A DNA stretch of 61,503 nucleotides, the filler included, from an uncultured bacterium (GTDB taxonomy: Bacteria; CAYSBA01): assembly GCA_964429075.1 (NCBI GenBank). It is 10 parts of 10 records of this genome, joined end to end, with 100 filler letters (N's around TTAATTAATTAA, not from the genome) between each part and the next. Parts side by side here need not be neighbours in the genome. Positions count along the whole stretch, not along the records: positions 1 to 6,222 come from CAYSBA010000089.1; positions 6,323 to 12,544 come from CAYSBA010000090.1; positions 12,645 to 18,805 come from CAYSBA010000091.1; 7 more parts are not named here. One strand, given 5' to 3'. The notes beneath the pieces were generated by a model. It was not told the origin of the DNA. It saw nothing but the letters and a program-made list of their open reading frames with translations, and made no database searches. The position numbers and the translations under genes were made by a program. Each line of letters opens with the position of its first letter. Positions within the stretch are counted from its first letter, which is position 1. Shown here piece after piece: positions 1-12,646 of the stretch.

Positions 1-2
1 GA

Positions 3-998
3 ATAAAGATTGGTGATACAATCACCCATCCCTCGAGACCTGTGTTAAATCCACTTCCCGGTTTCCGCGAACAAAAACCGATGGTATTCTGTGGAATCTA
101 TCCTGCAGATCCTGACGATTATGAACAGCTAAGAGACAGTCTTGCAAAGCTGAGGCTGAATGATTCATCTATCAAATATGAACCTGAAACTTCACAGGCC
201 CTTGGGTTTGGTTTCAGATGCGGTTTTCTCGGACTGCTCCATATGGAGGTTGTTCAACAAAGACTACTTGAAGAGTTTGGTCTTTCTGTTGTCTGTACTG
301 TACCAACAGTCGTCTATAGAGTAAAAAAGACAGATGGTACAATTGTTGAGGTTGAAAATCCATCGCAATTACCACCACTAGTACAGATTGATACTATGTA
401 CGAGCCCATCATTGAGATAAATGTCCACTGCCCCAAAGAATATGTTGGTAATGTCTTAAAACTCCTTGAAGAAAAAAGGGGAAAACAAAAATCCATGGAA
501 TTTATCAATGATAGAGTTGTATTGACCTATATCCTGCCACTTAATGAGGTCATTGTTGATTTTCATGACAGGTTAAAATCGTGTACAAGAGGCTTTGGTT
601 CAATGGACTATGAAATAATAGGTTATGAAGAATCCGATCTTGTACTCCTTACAATACTTATCAACAACAACCCTGTCGACAGCCTCTCTTTTATTGTACA
701 TTCATCCAAGGCATACTATATTGGAAGGAAGGTAGTAGACAATCTTGCAGAGCTTATTCCGAGACAGCTCTTTGATGTGGCAATACAGGCAGCAATTGGA
801 AGAAGGGTTATAGCAAGAAAGACTGTAAAGGCACTCAGAAAAAATGTACTGGCAAAATGCTATGGTGGTGATGTATCAAGGAAGAAAAAGCTGCTCGAGA
901 AACAAAAAGAGGGTAAGAAGAAGATGAAACGTATAGGAAAGGTGGAAATACCACAGGAGGCCTTTGTCAAGTTGTTGAAATTAGATCAAACAAAGTAA
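3..998 (+). CDS. lepA: Elongation factor 4 (LepA), 5'-truncated at contig start
   Basis: Motifs [16 protein letters not shown] and [22 protein letters not shown]; frame is open back to position 3 (IKIGDTIT); followed by lepB. Confidence 0.97.
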   Translation: MKIGDTITHPSRPVLNPLPGFREQKPMVFCGIYPADPDDYEQLRDSLAKLRLNDSSIKYEPETSQALGFGFRCGFLGLLHMEVVQQRLLEEFGLSVVCTVPTVVYRVKKTDGTIVEVENPSQLPPLVQIDTMYEPIIEINVHCPKEYVGNVLKLLEEKRGKQKSMEFINDRVVLTYILPLNEVIVDFHDRLKSCTRGFGSMDYEIIGYEESDLVLLTILINNNPVDSLSFIVHSSKAYYIGRKVVDNLAELIPRQLFDVAIQAAIGRRVIARKTVKALRKNVLAKCYGGDVSRKKKLLEKQKEGKKKMKRIGKVEIPQEAFVKLLKLDQTK

Positions 999-1009
999 AG
1001 GGTCTATAA

Positions 1010-1843
1010 ATGGAAAGACATAAACTTCTTATTGAACTAAAAGAGATCGAAAAAAATCTTAACGATCCACATAAGATCGAACAACTCAAAAGATTAAAAA
1101 AGGATCTTGAGAACGGGAAAGAAGTTGATCAAAAACAGATCGAAAGACTAAAAGAATATGCCCAAAAGAAGACAAAGAGCAAACTCAGAGAGAATATCGA
1201 ATCGATCCTTGTAGCAGTCCTTCTGGCACTGTTTATAAGGTCCTTTATCTTTGAGCCCTTTAAGATACCTTCAGGATCAATGATCCCCACCCTTTTGATC
1301 GGCGACAGGATCTTTGTTGATAAATTTTCATACGGTATCAGGATACCCCTTACATACATAAAATTCTTTGGTAAAACACCTGCATGGGGTGATATAATTG
1401 TTTTTATTCATCCAATAGAAAAGAGGGACTATGTGAAGAGGGTTGTAGGACTCCCTGGAGACAAGCTTGAGATGGATGGTGAGGTCCTTATTGTAAATGG
1501 GAACAGGGCCAAATTGACACCCTATGGCGACTTTTCATTCTACGACTACAATAGATATGACAAAAGATGGTATCCCGAACATGCCATGCTGTATCAGGAG
1601 AGTCTATTTGGAAGATCTCATCCAATCATAGTACTGACAGGCAGGCAAGGCAGAGATGGGCCATACTTTGTCAGAGAAAACCATGTCTTTGTTATGGGCG
1701 ACAACAGAGACAACAGTCAGGATTCACGATTTGGGTGGCAGGTTCCTTTAGATCATATAATCGGTAAGGTCAGGTTTGTCTGGTTTTCCTATGGTGGTGA
1801 AGAAGGTTTCAGGTGGAAACGGTTATTCAGCAGGGTAAGATAA
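1010..1843 (+). CDS. lepB: Signal peptidase I with charged N-terminal extension
   Basis: IPSGSMIPTL (catalytic Ser), YVKRVVGLPGD (catalytic Lys), MGDNRDNSQDSR; canonical lepA-lepB order. Confidence 0.96.
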   Translation: MERHKLLIELKEIEKNLNDPHKIEQLKRLKKDLENGKEVDQKQIERLKEYAQKKTKSKLRENIESILVAVLLALFIRSFIFEPFKIPSGSMIPTLLIGDRIFVDKFSYGIRIPLTYIKFFGKTPAWGDIIVFIHPIEKRDYVKRVVGLPGDKLEMDGEVLIVNGNRAKLTPYGDFSFYDYNRYDKRWYPEHAMLYQESLFGRSHPIIVLTGRQGRDGPYFVRENHVFVMGDNRDNSQDSRFGWQVPLDHIIGKVRFVWFSYGGEEGFRWKRLFSRVR

Positions 1844-3190
1844 TTGGAGAAGATAAGAGAAAAGATAGAACTACTTATTGATGAAAGAAAATGGCATGAA
1901 CTTGCTGATCTTCTGGCAACCCTACATCCATCTGAAATAGTTAAGGTCATACACTACCTTGACAGTGATGAAAAGATCATTGTCTTTCGACTGTTAAGAC
2001 TACCAAAGGCTGTCGATGTAATTTCTGAGTTAGACTACAATGATATTACATGGATACTCAAAAACCTAAAGACCCATCGTATTGTAAAGATACTATCGTT
2101 GAGTCCATCGGATGATGCTGCAGATATAGTAGAAAATCTCCCTGACGATATGCTTGATGAGGTCCTGCAGCGTCTTCCCTACGAGGAAAGAAGAGAGATC
2201 ATTGATCTTGTTCGTTATGGCGGGGAGACTGCAGGCGGTATTATGGCCAAAGAGTTTGTGGCCGTAGATAAAGATAAGACAGTCAAAGATGCGCTTGATA
2301 TACTTAGAAAAAACAAAGAAAAAATCAAAGAAAAGGGACATGATGAGATCAGAGTACTTTTTGTTGTGGATCAACAAAACACCTACTGTGGGGCGATTGC
2401 CCTTATTGATCTGATAGTTGCAGAGCCTGATACCCTGCTTTCTGAAATTATGGATACAGATTATCCTTCTGTTGATGTCTTTACAGATCAGGAAGAAGTA
2501 GCCGATCTTTTTAGAAGATACGATATAGTCGCAATCCCTGTAGTTGATTCTAAAAACAGGCTCCTCGGTAGGATTACAGTAGACGATATTATCGACATCA
2601 TCGATGAAGAGGCATCAGAAGACATGTTTAAGATGGTAGGTGTCCATGAAGAAGAACGTGTATTTACACCACTTCTTCTTTCACTCAAAAGAAGACTTCC
2701 ATGGTTTTTGCTGAATATCATCACCGCTTCATTATCCGCTTCTGTTGTAGGTTTTTTCCAACCAACAATAAAAGATATTACATTTATAGCAGTCCTTATG
2801 CCAATTGTTGCAGGGGTAGGTGGTAACAGGGGCACTCAGACAATAACAATAATAATAAGAAGCCTTGCACTTAATGAAATGGAACTGAAGGATGTAAAAA
2901 GGGCCCTTATAAAAGAGATCCTAATCGGTATCTTTGCAGGCATACTTGTAGGTGGTACTGCATCACTTGTAGTGTATCTATTCAAGGGCAACTATATGCT
3001 GGGTATCGTACTTTTTCTTGCCATAGTTGGGAATATGATCCTTGCCGGTATACTTGGCGTTGGTATCCCCCTTTTATTTAAGTTATTAAGACTCGACCCT
3101 GCCCTTGCATCTGGTATATTTCTCACAATGTGTACTGATGCAGGTGGTTTCTTTCTTCTTCTATTTTTTGCAAATATTTTCCTTCGATAA
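1844..3190 (+). CDS. mgtE: Magnesium transporter MgtE
   Basis: N-domain, CBS pair (TAGGIM...LLGRITVDDIID), RLPW, GGN.GTQ, DPALASG..LT..TD transmembrane motifs. Confidence 0.95.
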   Translation: MEKIREKIELLIDERKWHELADLLATLHPSEIVKVIHYLDSDEKIIVFRLLRLPKAVDVISELDYNDITWILKNLKTHRIVKILSLSPSDDAADIVENLPDDMLDEVLQRLPYEERREIIDLVRYGGETAGGIMAKEFVAVDKDKTVKDALDILRKNKEKIKEKGHDEIRVLFVVDQQNTYCGAIALIDLIVAEPDTLLSEIMDTDYPSVDVFTDQEEVADLFRRYDIVAIPVVDSKNRLLGRITVDDIIDIIDEEASEDMFKMVGVHEEERVFTPLLLSLKRRLPWFLLNIITASLSASVVGFFQPTIKDITFIAVLMPIVAGVGGNRGTQTITIIIRSLALNEMELKDVKRALIKEILIGIFAGILVGGTASLVVYLFKGNYMLGIVLFLAIVGNMILAGILGVGIPLLFKLLRLDPALASGIFLTMCTDAGGFFLLLFFANIFLR

Positions 3191-4100
3191 AGGGGTATGC
3201 AGCTTCAAACTCTTCCCATCCAAATAGTTCAATATATACCCTCCATACACCACAACAGTGTTTATCATACACGCAACTTTTACATACACTACCTTTTATA
3301 CGGGTCATCTGATCTATGTCGTTTTTGGTGATAATATTGCCCTCCTCTATGAGGATGTTTCTTTCCTCAATGAGACCAAATACACCTTTATCAACACCAA
3401 ATCTTTCTGCAATACAGGGTGGTAGATCCTGTACGAACACCTGAGGTGCAGGCTCCTTGAGATTTGCAAGATTACTAAATATCTTTGCACACTCACTGTA
3501 TCTTGGCATTAATCGCTTTGCTACCCTCTCTCCCCTGCCTGAGGGATACATAATATTAAATACCACATGGTGTACGCCAAGTACAAAAAGGGTCTTCTGT
3601 AGATCCAGGAGCTCAAAAAGATTGCGCCTTGTAACTACTGTATTTGTATCATAGATAATTTTTGCTCCCCTCTTTTTTAGTATCCTTAGATTTTCTATGG
3701 CCTTTATTGTCTGTACAAAACTACCCGGTGATCTTGTAAGCCCATCATGAGTCTTCTGAGTTGCCCCATGAATCGATATAACAAAATGGTTAACACCTGC
3801 TTCTATTAGGTCAACAAGATATCTCATCGAAGAGAGTGCTCTCCCATTTGTAGTTAGACCAATAGTAGTGTATCCAAGTTGTTTTGCAAATCTTACGAGA
3901 TCAAGGAAATTATCAAGGATTGTAGGCTCACCTGAGGTAAACATTACATATCCGGCCTTTTTGTTTTTTATCAAAATCTTATGAATAGATTGAAGTGGTG
4001 GCTTTGTACCCCTTTTTTTAGTATCGTCATTGGCATCACAACAGAACTGACAATTGTTGTTACATTGATCGTTAACTGTTATATGGAGTCTGTTTTTCAA
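3123..4100 (-). CDS. Radical SAM protein with C-terminal Cys cluster (SPASM/twitch-like, resembles HxsC-type maturases)
   Basis: CNNNCQFC, TSGEPT, TTNG, SIHG..HD motifs; LPPC and CKSCVYDKHCCG near the C-terminus; TTG start overlaps the upstream TGA. Confidence 0.88.
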   Translation of the reverse strand: MKNRLHITVNDQCNNNCQFCCDANDDTKKRGTKPPLQSIHKILIKNKKAGYVMFTSGEPTILDNFLDLVRFAKQLGYTTIGLTTNGRALSSMRYLVDLIEAGVNHFVISIHGATQKTHDGLTRSPGSFVQTIKAIENLRILKKRGAKIIYDTNTVVTRRNLFELLDLQKTLFVLGVHHVVFNIMYPSGRGERVAKRLMPRYSECAKIFSNLANLKEPAPQVFVQDLPPCIAERFGVDKGVFGLIEERNILIEEGNIITKNDIDQMTRIKGSVCKSCVYDKHCCGVWRVYIELFGWEEFEAAYPFIEGKYLQKIEEERNHLHQYTL

Positions 4101-6220
4101 TTGGAGATTTTTATCTTATATGTACCACATACAGCCTGTCCGGGTACTGCAGGATAGACCTTAATGAAATAGGTATCAGTATAGTCACCACATCTTGGGT
4201 CACTTGTTGGACCACAAGGGCAGCGTTCCTTCCATTCATAAAGGACATCGCCACATGCAAGGTTGCTACAATCTCCTTTATAGACCTCCATTATTACATC
4301 AAGCCCGGTAGGTACCTCCACAAGCTCTACCTTCAGGTCCATACAATCAGCAGCACTTGCAGAATCAACTGCCTTAAAGGTATACCAGTCTACATCATTC
4401 TGACCCAAGAAACCAACAATATACTTTACAGCCCCTATAGAAATGTTACCTAAATCGTAAGCGACGGAGCAGCTCTCATTTGATTCGTATGGATCTGCCG
4501 CATAACATTCACATCCATCAGATACATTATTATTAAGGTCCTGATAGTCCTGAGCACAGCTAACTATAGCACAGTCACCAAGGTCACATGCAGTTTGCGA
4601 AGTGTTTGGCAGCTTTGTACAATCGTTGCCACAGGAACCACAGTTATGAATATCTGTACTTAAATCAAAATCTTCATCCACAAGGCCATCACAATCGTTG
4701 TCCACGTAATCACATATCTCATTGCCAGTAGGTGTGCATGCAAGTTCACATCCATCATAAGGGTTGTTATTCGCATCCACCCAGCCAGGATCGCAGCCGG
4801 TTATTTGACATTGACCATTGTTGCATGCAGCAGCCTGAACATGTGTATACTGTAAACAGCTCTGACCACATTGTCCGCAATTGTTGGGGTCGTTTTGGAG
4901 ATCAAAACCCTCATCAACCTGACAATCGCAATCATTGTCTGCCCCATCACATACCTCCTGCCCCTGATACTGACAGAAGGTCTCACAACCATTGTTCGGA
5001 TCGCCATCACAATCGTAAAAGTCCTGAAAACAATCAGATTGACTGAAGGTACATACACCTCCAACGCAATGTGCAGTTGCATTCGGGAAATAGCATACAT
5101 TTCCACATGCACCACAATTGTTTATATCCGACTGAAAATCGTATCCTTCGTCAACATATCCATCACAATCATTGTCAAGGCCATCACAGGTCTCTACACC
5201 TCCATTTGTTGGCGTACATGGATATTCACATCCATCAGAAGGTATTCCATTTTTATCAATATACCCGGGCATGCAGTAATTTATGACACATTTACCATTA
5301 CTGCAGGAAGAGTCTGCATTTGGAAGGTTACAGCTGTTTCCACAGCTACCACAATTTTGAGGATCGGTCTGAAGATTGAATCCTTCGTCTATCTCACCGT
5401 CACAGTCGTTGTCAAAACCATCACAGATCTCAACTCCATTGTTACTCTTGGTGCACTGGTACTCGCAACCGTTTAAAAGATTACCATCGAGATTAACCCA
5501 GCCCGATTCACACTGTATTATATAACAACTGCCGCTTGCACAACCTGCTGTTGTAACATGGGGATAGACTGTGCAATCCACATTGCATCCTCCACAATTG
5601 TGTATGTCGGTGTTGAAATTGAAGTCTTCATCTATATAACCATCACAGTCATCATCAATATTATTACAGACTTCAGGGACATTTGGACAGATGCCATCTT
5701 CACAACCATTCTGAGGAAGCCCATCGGTATCACTATAACCCTGGGTGCATGTAAAGTAACACACACCACCACTGCAGCTTGCATTTGCTACATTTGGCAA
5801 CGCTGTACAATCGTATCCACATTCACCACAGTTTAAAGGATCTGTATTTAGATTGAAGTCTTCATCTACAAGTCCGTCACAGTCATTGTCAATCCCATCA
5901 CACTTCTCTATTGCATTGTTTGATATTAAACAGTAATACTCGCAACCATTTGATGGATCACCATCAATATCATAATAGTTCTGCCTGCAGGTATACTCAC
6001 ACTGTCCATTTACACACTGTGATGTAGCATTAAGATACTGACATACATGACCACACTGTCCACAGTTGAAACGATCGGTCAAAAGATCATAACCTTCATC
6101 AATCTGGCCATCACAATCGTTATCTATACCATCGCATATTTCTATTCCGTTGTTTGTCTTTGTACATTGATATTCACAGCCATTACTGATGTCTCCATCG
6201 AGATCATAATACCCCTGTTT
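4097..6220 (-). CDS. Cys/Asp-rich repeat surface protein (MopE-like E.CDG.DNDCDG..DE plus TD..NCG.CG..C modules, C-terminal PPC-like DVDWY domain), 5'-truncated
   Basis: Seven E.C..xDxDCD...DE motifs at about 78-aa spacing; frame stays open upstream of the called ORF to the contig edge. Confidence 0.88.
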   Translation of the reverse strand, partial: KQGYYDLDGDISNGCEYQCTKTNNGIEICDGIDNDCDGQIDEGYDLLTDRFNCGQCGHVCQYLNATSQCVNGQCEYTCRQNYYDIDGDPSNGCEYYCLISNNAIEKCDGIDNDCDGLVDEDFNLNTDPLNCGECGYDCTALPNVANASCSGGVCYFTCTQGYSDTDGLPQNGCEDGICPNVPEVCNNIDDDCDGYIDEDFNFNTDIHNCGGCNVDCTVYPHVTTAGCASGSCYIIQCESGWVNLDGNLLNGCEYQCTKSNNGVEICDGFDNDCDGEIDEGFNLQTDPQNCGSCGNSCNLPNADSSCSNGKCVINYCMPGYIDKNGIPSDGCEYPCTPTNGGVETCDGLDNDCDGYVDEGYDFQSDINNCGACGNVCYFPNATAHCVGGVCTFSQSDCFQDFYDCDGDPNNGCETFCQYQGQEVCDGADNDCDCQVDEGFDLQNDPNNCGQCGQSCLQYTHVQAAACNNGQCQITGCDPGWVDANNNPYDGCELACTPTGNEICDYVDNDCDGLVDEDFDLSTDIHNCGSCGNDCTKLPNTSQTACDLGDCAIVSCAQDYQDLNNNVSDGCECYAADPYESNESCSVAYDLGNISIGAVKYIVGFLGQNDVDWYTFKAVDSASAADCMDLKVELVEVPTGLDVIMEVYKGDCSNLACGDVLYEWKERCPCGPTSDPRCGDYTDTYFIKVYPAVPGQAVCGTYKIKISN

Positions 6221-6222
6221 GC

Positions 6223-6322
6223 NNNNNNNNNNNNNNNNNNNNNNNNNNNNNNNNNNNNNNNNNNNNTTAATTAATTAANNNNNNNNNNNNNNNNNNNNNN
6301 NNNNNNNNNNNNNNNNNNNNNN
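6223..6322. other. Artificial contig linker (44N-TTAATTAATTAA-44N); also at 12545-12644, 18806-18905, 25052-25151, 31183-31282, 37282-37381, 43380-43479, 49472-49571, 55495-55594
   Basis: Identical six-frame-stop spacer; contig lengths fall from 6222 to 5909 bp; genes are cut at linkers. Confidence 0.99.
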
Positions 6323-6323
6323 G

Positions 6324-7088
6324 GTTGATAATATACCGCTCGAATTACTTCATACCCTTTTGATGCTCCTTGCAGATTCAGAAAAGATAAAAAAGGCTGC
6401 ATTGATAATAGATGCAAGAGACAGGAATTTTGCAAATACATTCAGAGAAAATTATCGTTTGATAAAGGAATCCTTTCCTTCAACAAAGATACTTTTTTTA
6501 ACTGCCGATGATGATGTTATCGTAAGGCGCTACAAAGAGGCACGCAAGCTCCATCCAATTAGTAATGATGGTACCATACTTGATGGTGTAAGAAAAGAGA
6601 GACGATTGATGAAGAGGGTTGTTGATCTTGCAGATATCAAAATAGATACATCAAATCTTACGGTAAATCAGCTAAGGAAAAAGCTGGCTTCCTTTATCTT
6701 TAAAGAAGGAGAGGATCATTTCAGGTTGATTGTAGTGACATTCGGGTTTAAATATGGTATACCTGGCGATGCCGATATGGTCTTTGATGTTCGTTGTGTT
6801 AAAAATCCTTTTTTTGTTGACGAACTTAAATGGGAAGATGGTACTGATGAACGCGTACAGGACTATGTGTTGAAACACGGTGGTGATAGGTTGATTAACA
6901 AGATAATGGAACTTCTGTTATACATGATACCAGAATATAAAAAGGAAGGTAAAAACTTTTTAATTGTAGCAATAGGTTGTACTGGAGGCAGGCATAGGTC
7001 TGTTGCCGTAGGAGAGATTCTTGCTACAAGGTTGAATGACCGAAGTATAGATGTTTCTATCACACATAGAGATATGGAAAAACTTTAA
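6324..7088 (+). CDS. rapZ: RNase adapter RapZ (YhbJ/YvcJ), 5'-truncated
   Basis: VDNIP, RRYKEARKLHP, TFGFKYGIP..AD.VFDVR..KNPFF, AIGCTGGRHRSV. Confidence 0.95.
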   Translation, partial: VDNIPLELLHTLLMLLADSEKIKKAALIIDARDRNFANTFRENYRLIKESFPSTKILFLTADDDVIVRRYKEARKLHPISNDGTILDGVRKERRLMKRVVDLADIKIDTSNLTVNQLRKKLASFIFKEGEDHFRLIVVTFGFKYGIPGDADMVFDVRCVKNPFFVDELKWEDGTDERVQDYVLKHGGDRLINKIMELLLYMIPEYKKEGKNFLIVAIGCTGGRHRSVAVGEILATRLNDRSIDVSITHRDMEKL

Positions 7089-7116
7089 ATAATAACATCT
7101 TAAAAGGGAGTAGATC

Positions 7117-9602
<2,486 letters not shown>

Positions 9603-10226
9603 GTGTTTACAGGGCTTGTAGAGGGAACAGGCAGGGTTATTGATATCCTGCCTTCCCATAATGGGAGGCTTTTACGTATTGAGCCCCTTTATGACTTTGA
9701 AGGCAGGGTAGGGGATAGTGTTGCGATCGATGGAGTGTGTCTTACCATATCCAGAATTGATAAGGATAATATCTTTTTCTTTGTTTCAGAAAGGACCCTT
9801 TTAGACTCAAAGATAAAACAATACAAACCAGGAGATATTGTTAATATAGAAAGGGCAATAATGGCAAACCAGAGATTGGGGGGGCACATACTTACCGGTC
9901 ATGTGGATTGTACAGGAAGGGTGCGTAAGATACAAAAAGGCACCAGTTCTGTTGATATCGAAATAGAGATACCAGAAGGTAAAAGATCTCTGTTGATTGA
10001 AAAGGGTTCTATCGGGATAGATGGAGTCTCTCTTACAATACAATCTATAAGATGGCCATTTATAGGTCTTACTATTATTCCCCATACCTGGCAGACAACA
10101 GCATTTAGATATTTGAAGGGCGGTGATCCTGTAAACATCGAGTTTGACACAATAGTAAAGGTTGTAGTACAAACGGTTCAGTCTTATCTGAGACAGATGG
10201 AATTTCTTAAGATTGAAAAAAGTTAA
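9603..10226 (+). CDS. ribE: Riboflavin synthase (alpha chain)
   Basis: N-terminal MFTG, GDSVAIDGVCLT, LGGH..TGHVD, KGSI.IDGVSLT, IIPHT. Confidence 0.95.
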   Translation: MFTGLVEGTGRVIDILPSHNGRLLRIEPLYDFEGRVGDSVAIDGVCLTISRIDKDNIFFFVSERTLLDSKIKQYKPGDIVNIERAIMANQRLGGHILTGHVDCTGRVRKIQKGTSSVDIEIEIPEGKRSLLIEKGSIGIDGVSLTIQSIRWPFIGLTIIPHTWQTTAFRYLKGGDPVNIEFDTIVKVVVQTVQSYLRQMEFLKIEKS

Positions 10227-10244
10227 TGTTTACGTGAGGTAGAT

Positions 10245-11688
10245 ATGAAGAAAAAGAAAGTAGCATTGTTTTTTCTAACAGGACTTATTCTGATCTTAGC
10301 AGCAGCCGGTTGTAAAAAAGAAGGCCCAACAGATCCAATGGATCTGATCCCGCAGGACACAACATCTGCATTTGTTATATCCTCATTCAGTAGATTTACA
10401 AAAGATGTAAAATCCCTCGTCGATGCCCTTCAGAGTCCAATCATTTCTGGGGCACTTTCAGCAATGCAGGTAAAGATAAAAAACGCAGCAAATGTTGACC
10501 CTTTCGACTCTGAATCACTGAAAAAGATTGGTATAGATCCTATGGAGCCTGTTGTTGCATTCTCCAAAGGAAATTCTGAATTCAGCCTTGTGATCAAGGC
10601 AAAGCATATGGATAAGATATATGACTTGGTAAGGTCCTTTCTTTCAGATACAAACATGGTTACCGGTGATGAACGTAAAAAAATTGAGGGATTTAACACA
10701 AGATCATTTTTGCTAAACAACAAAAAGAAGGTGNNNNNNNNNNGTGGTATTCGCAAAGGTAGGTAGATTTGTAATAATCTCAACCCCAACAGAAGATGTT
10801 GTTAAAAAGGCAATTGTTGCATTCAAATCAAAAAAGAGTGCACAGGATCTAAAAGGCTACCTTTCAAGACTCAGTGGTGATGTTGTTAGTGTCTCAAGGA
10901 TAAATAGAGATAAAAAGAAACAAATAAGTTACTTTTCAATAAAGATAGGGGATGAAGGCTTGTTTGTTGATTCATTCCTTGAGAGTGATAATCTTAAGAA
11001 GGATTTCAATAGATATTTTGGAGATAAGGTAAAAGGTATATATCTACCAGATCAGAATGCCCTTGCAAGGATTACATCAGTTGCCAACCTGTCGAGTGTC
11101 CTTGATGAACTGAAGAGACTTGCCTCACAGAATGGAAAATTAAAGTTGAATGCCTCAGAGGATAATTTTATCTTTAAGGTGGCTAAATTTCTGGACCCCG
11201 GGATTTCAATTGCAGGAGTGGTTGATAAAGAGAATCCAAATAAAATTTCTGTAGGACTTGCATTCAAACTAAAGGATGCCAAAAAGCTTATTGCTGAGCT
11301 TTCATGTAACGAGAAAGATAAATCCGGTTGTTTAACCATCGAAAAGAGTGGTATATATTCATTTGAGAATAAAAATGGTAAGATATTTGTAAAGATTGAT
11401 AAAGACAATCTTGTTGTCGCCGGTTCTGAAAGTTTTCTAAAAAAGATGACAAACAGCAAAATAGGGACCCTCAATGCCAGTGATAACCTCGCTGAAGTAC
11501 ACCTTGATGTACAGAAGATTGGAGAGATGCTTTCCAATGTCAAAAGTCAAAGTGCACCACTTGCGGGAATAATAGGTAATTACATTAAGGGAAATCTTAA
11601 GACCTTAAGTGATATAGAAGGCATGGTTAAACGTAAAGATGATAAAACGATCCTTGTCTCTTTGAGTTTAAAGTTAAGAAAGAAATAG
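10245..11688 (+). CDS. Hypothetical lipoprotein; one gene split by the 10-N scaffold gap at 10734-10743
   Basis: Lipobox (AAAGC) after a basic/hydrophobic signal; GTG on both sides of the gap, and collapsing it joins the two ORFs in frame (KKVVFAK). Confidence 0.75.
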
Positions 11689-11691
11689 AAG

Positions 11692-12544
11692 GTGTGGGAA
11701 CTCCTATTAAAAAGACTCTTTCAACCTGTAGGAATACCCTTTGTAGTTGTAATGTCACTTTTGTTGTGGGGTATTTCCTCATTAGCAGGATTCTCAAACA
11801 GGGCAAAAGATAGGCTAAAACCGGTATTGCTTGATATCTCTTCACAACCCTACCTTGAGGTAACAGGAGATATTAATAACATAGATAAGATAGGATTTAA
11901 TCCCTCAATAGATAGGATCTATAAAAAATATAGACTCAAAAGACCTGCATATATGTACGGAAAGTTTTTTGACAATTCTGTTGCCTTTGATATTGTGCTT
12001 GAGGCTGTGGACGATGAACTTTTCTTTAAGGATTCACTGTTGAAAAAAGACAGCTTAACTGATATTCCTTTTATGGTTTCTCCATTTGTCTACTTTGTTT
12101 ATTCCAGATTCTACAGAGAGGTAAACAAAGACCTGCCTGATGTATCACCAGAATTCTTGACATCAATCAGGTTGAATCTTGTCATTGGTGCATCTATTAT
12201 ATCTGGTACAAGAGGAGATGTGAAAAAAAAACTCTACGTTTTGCCGGTCTAAGTAAAGCAAGTGGTCTTACATCGATTCTTGTCCCTGAATCTTATGTTA
12301 AAGATATATTAAAAAAAGAAAGCCCGTATTCACTAATCATCCTACCTAAAAAGGGTGCAGACATAGGTGATCTCGTAGAGAGATTGTCTGAATATGGCTT
12401 GCGACCTATTGCAACACTTAATCTCTTTGCAAGTCTTTCAAAGGTAATATCCCTTTTCTTTAAGGGCGGCATACTGTCATTATTAATACTGATATCTACA
12501 ACTGTTTTTATTAGTATTGTATCGACTGTTGCAATGCTTTTTAG
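11692..12544 (+). pseudogene. FtsX/MacB/LolE-like ABC permease, frameshifted at the A9 tract (12223-12231), 3'-truncated by contig end
   Basis: N-terminal TM and soluble domain end at TAA 12250-12252; the -1 frame is open from the A9 run into the hydrophobic ORF at 12384. Confidence 0.6.
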
Positions 12545-12646
12545 NNNNNNNNNNNNNNNNNNNNNNNNNNNNNNNNNNNNNNNNNNNNTTAATTAATTAA
12601 NNNNNNNNNNNNNNNNNNNNNNNNNNNNNNNNNNNNNNNNNNNNCC

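Noticed and set aside
2815-2840. Arg in the MgtE GGNRGTQ motif where a small residue is usual
   Set aside because: A single residue that could be natural variation or a base error; no further support
4732-5836. Several 70-200 aa ORFs antisense to or overlapping the Cys-rich gene, and similar short ORFs across the window
   Set aside because: Shadow ORFs of codon-biased real genes, with no motifs or RBS
7089-7116. SAM or SAH riboswitch before metK/ahcY, or FMN riboswitch before ribE
   Set aside because: Intergenic spaces are 28, 11 and 0 bp, too short for any riboswitch
10734-10743. Apparent frameshifts or gene splits at the 10-N gaps (also 40784-40793 and 58887-58896)
   Set aside because: Scaffolding placeholders; removing the gap or small overlap restores a single reading frame
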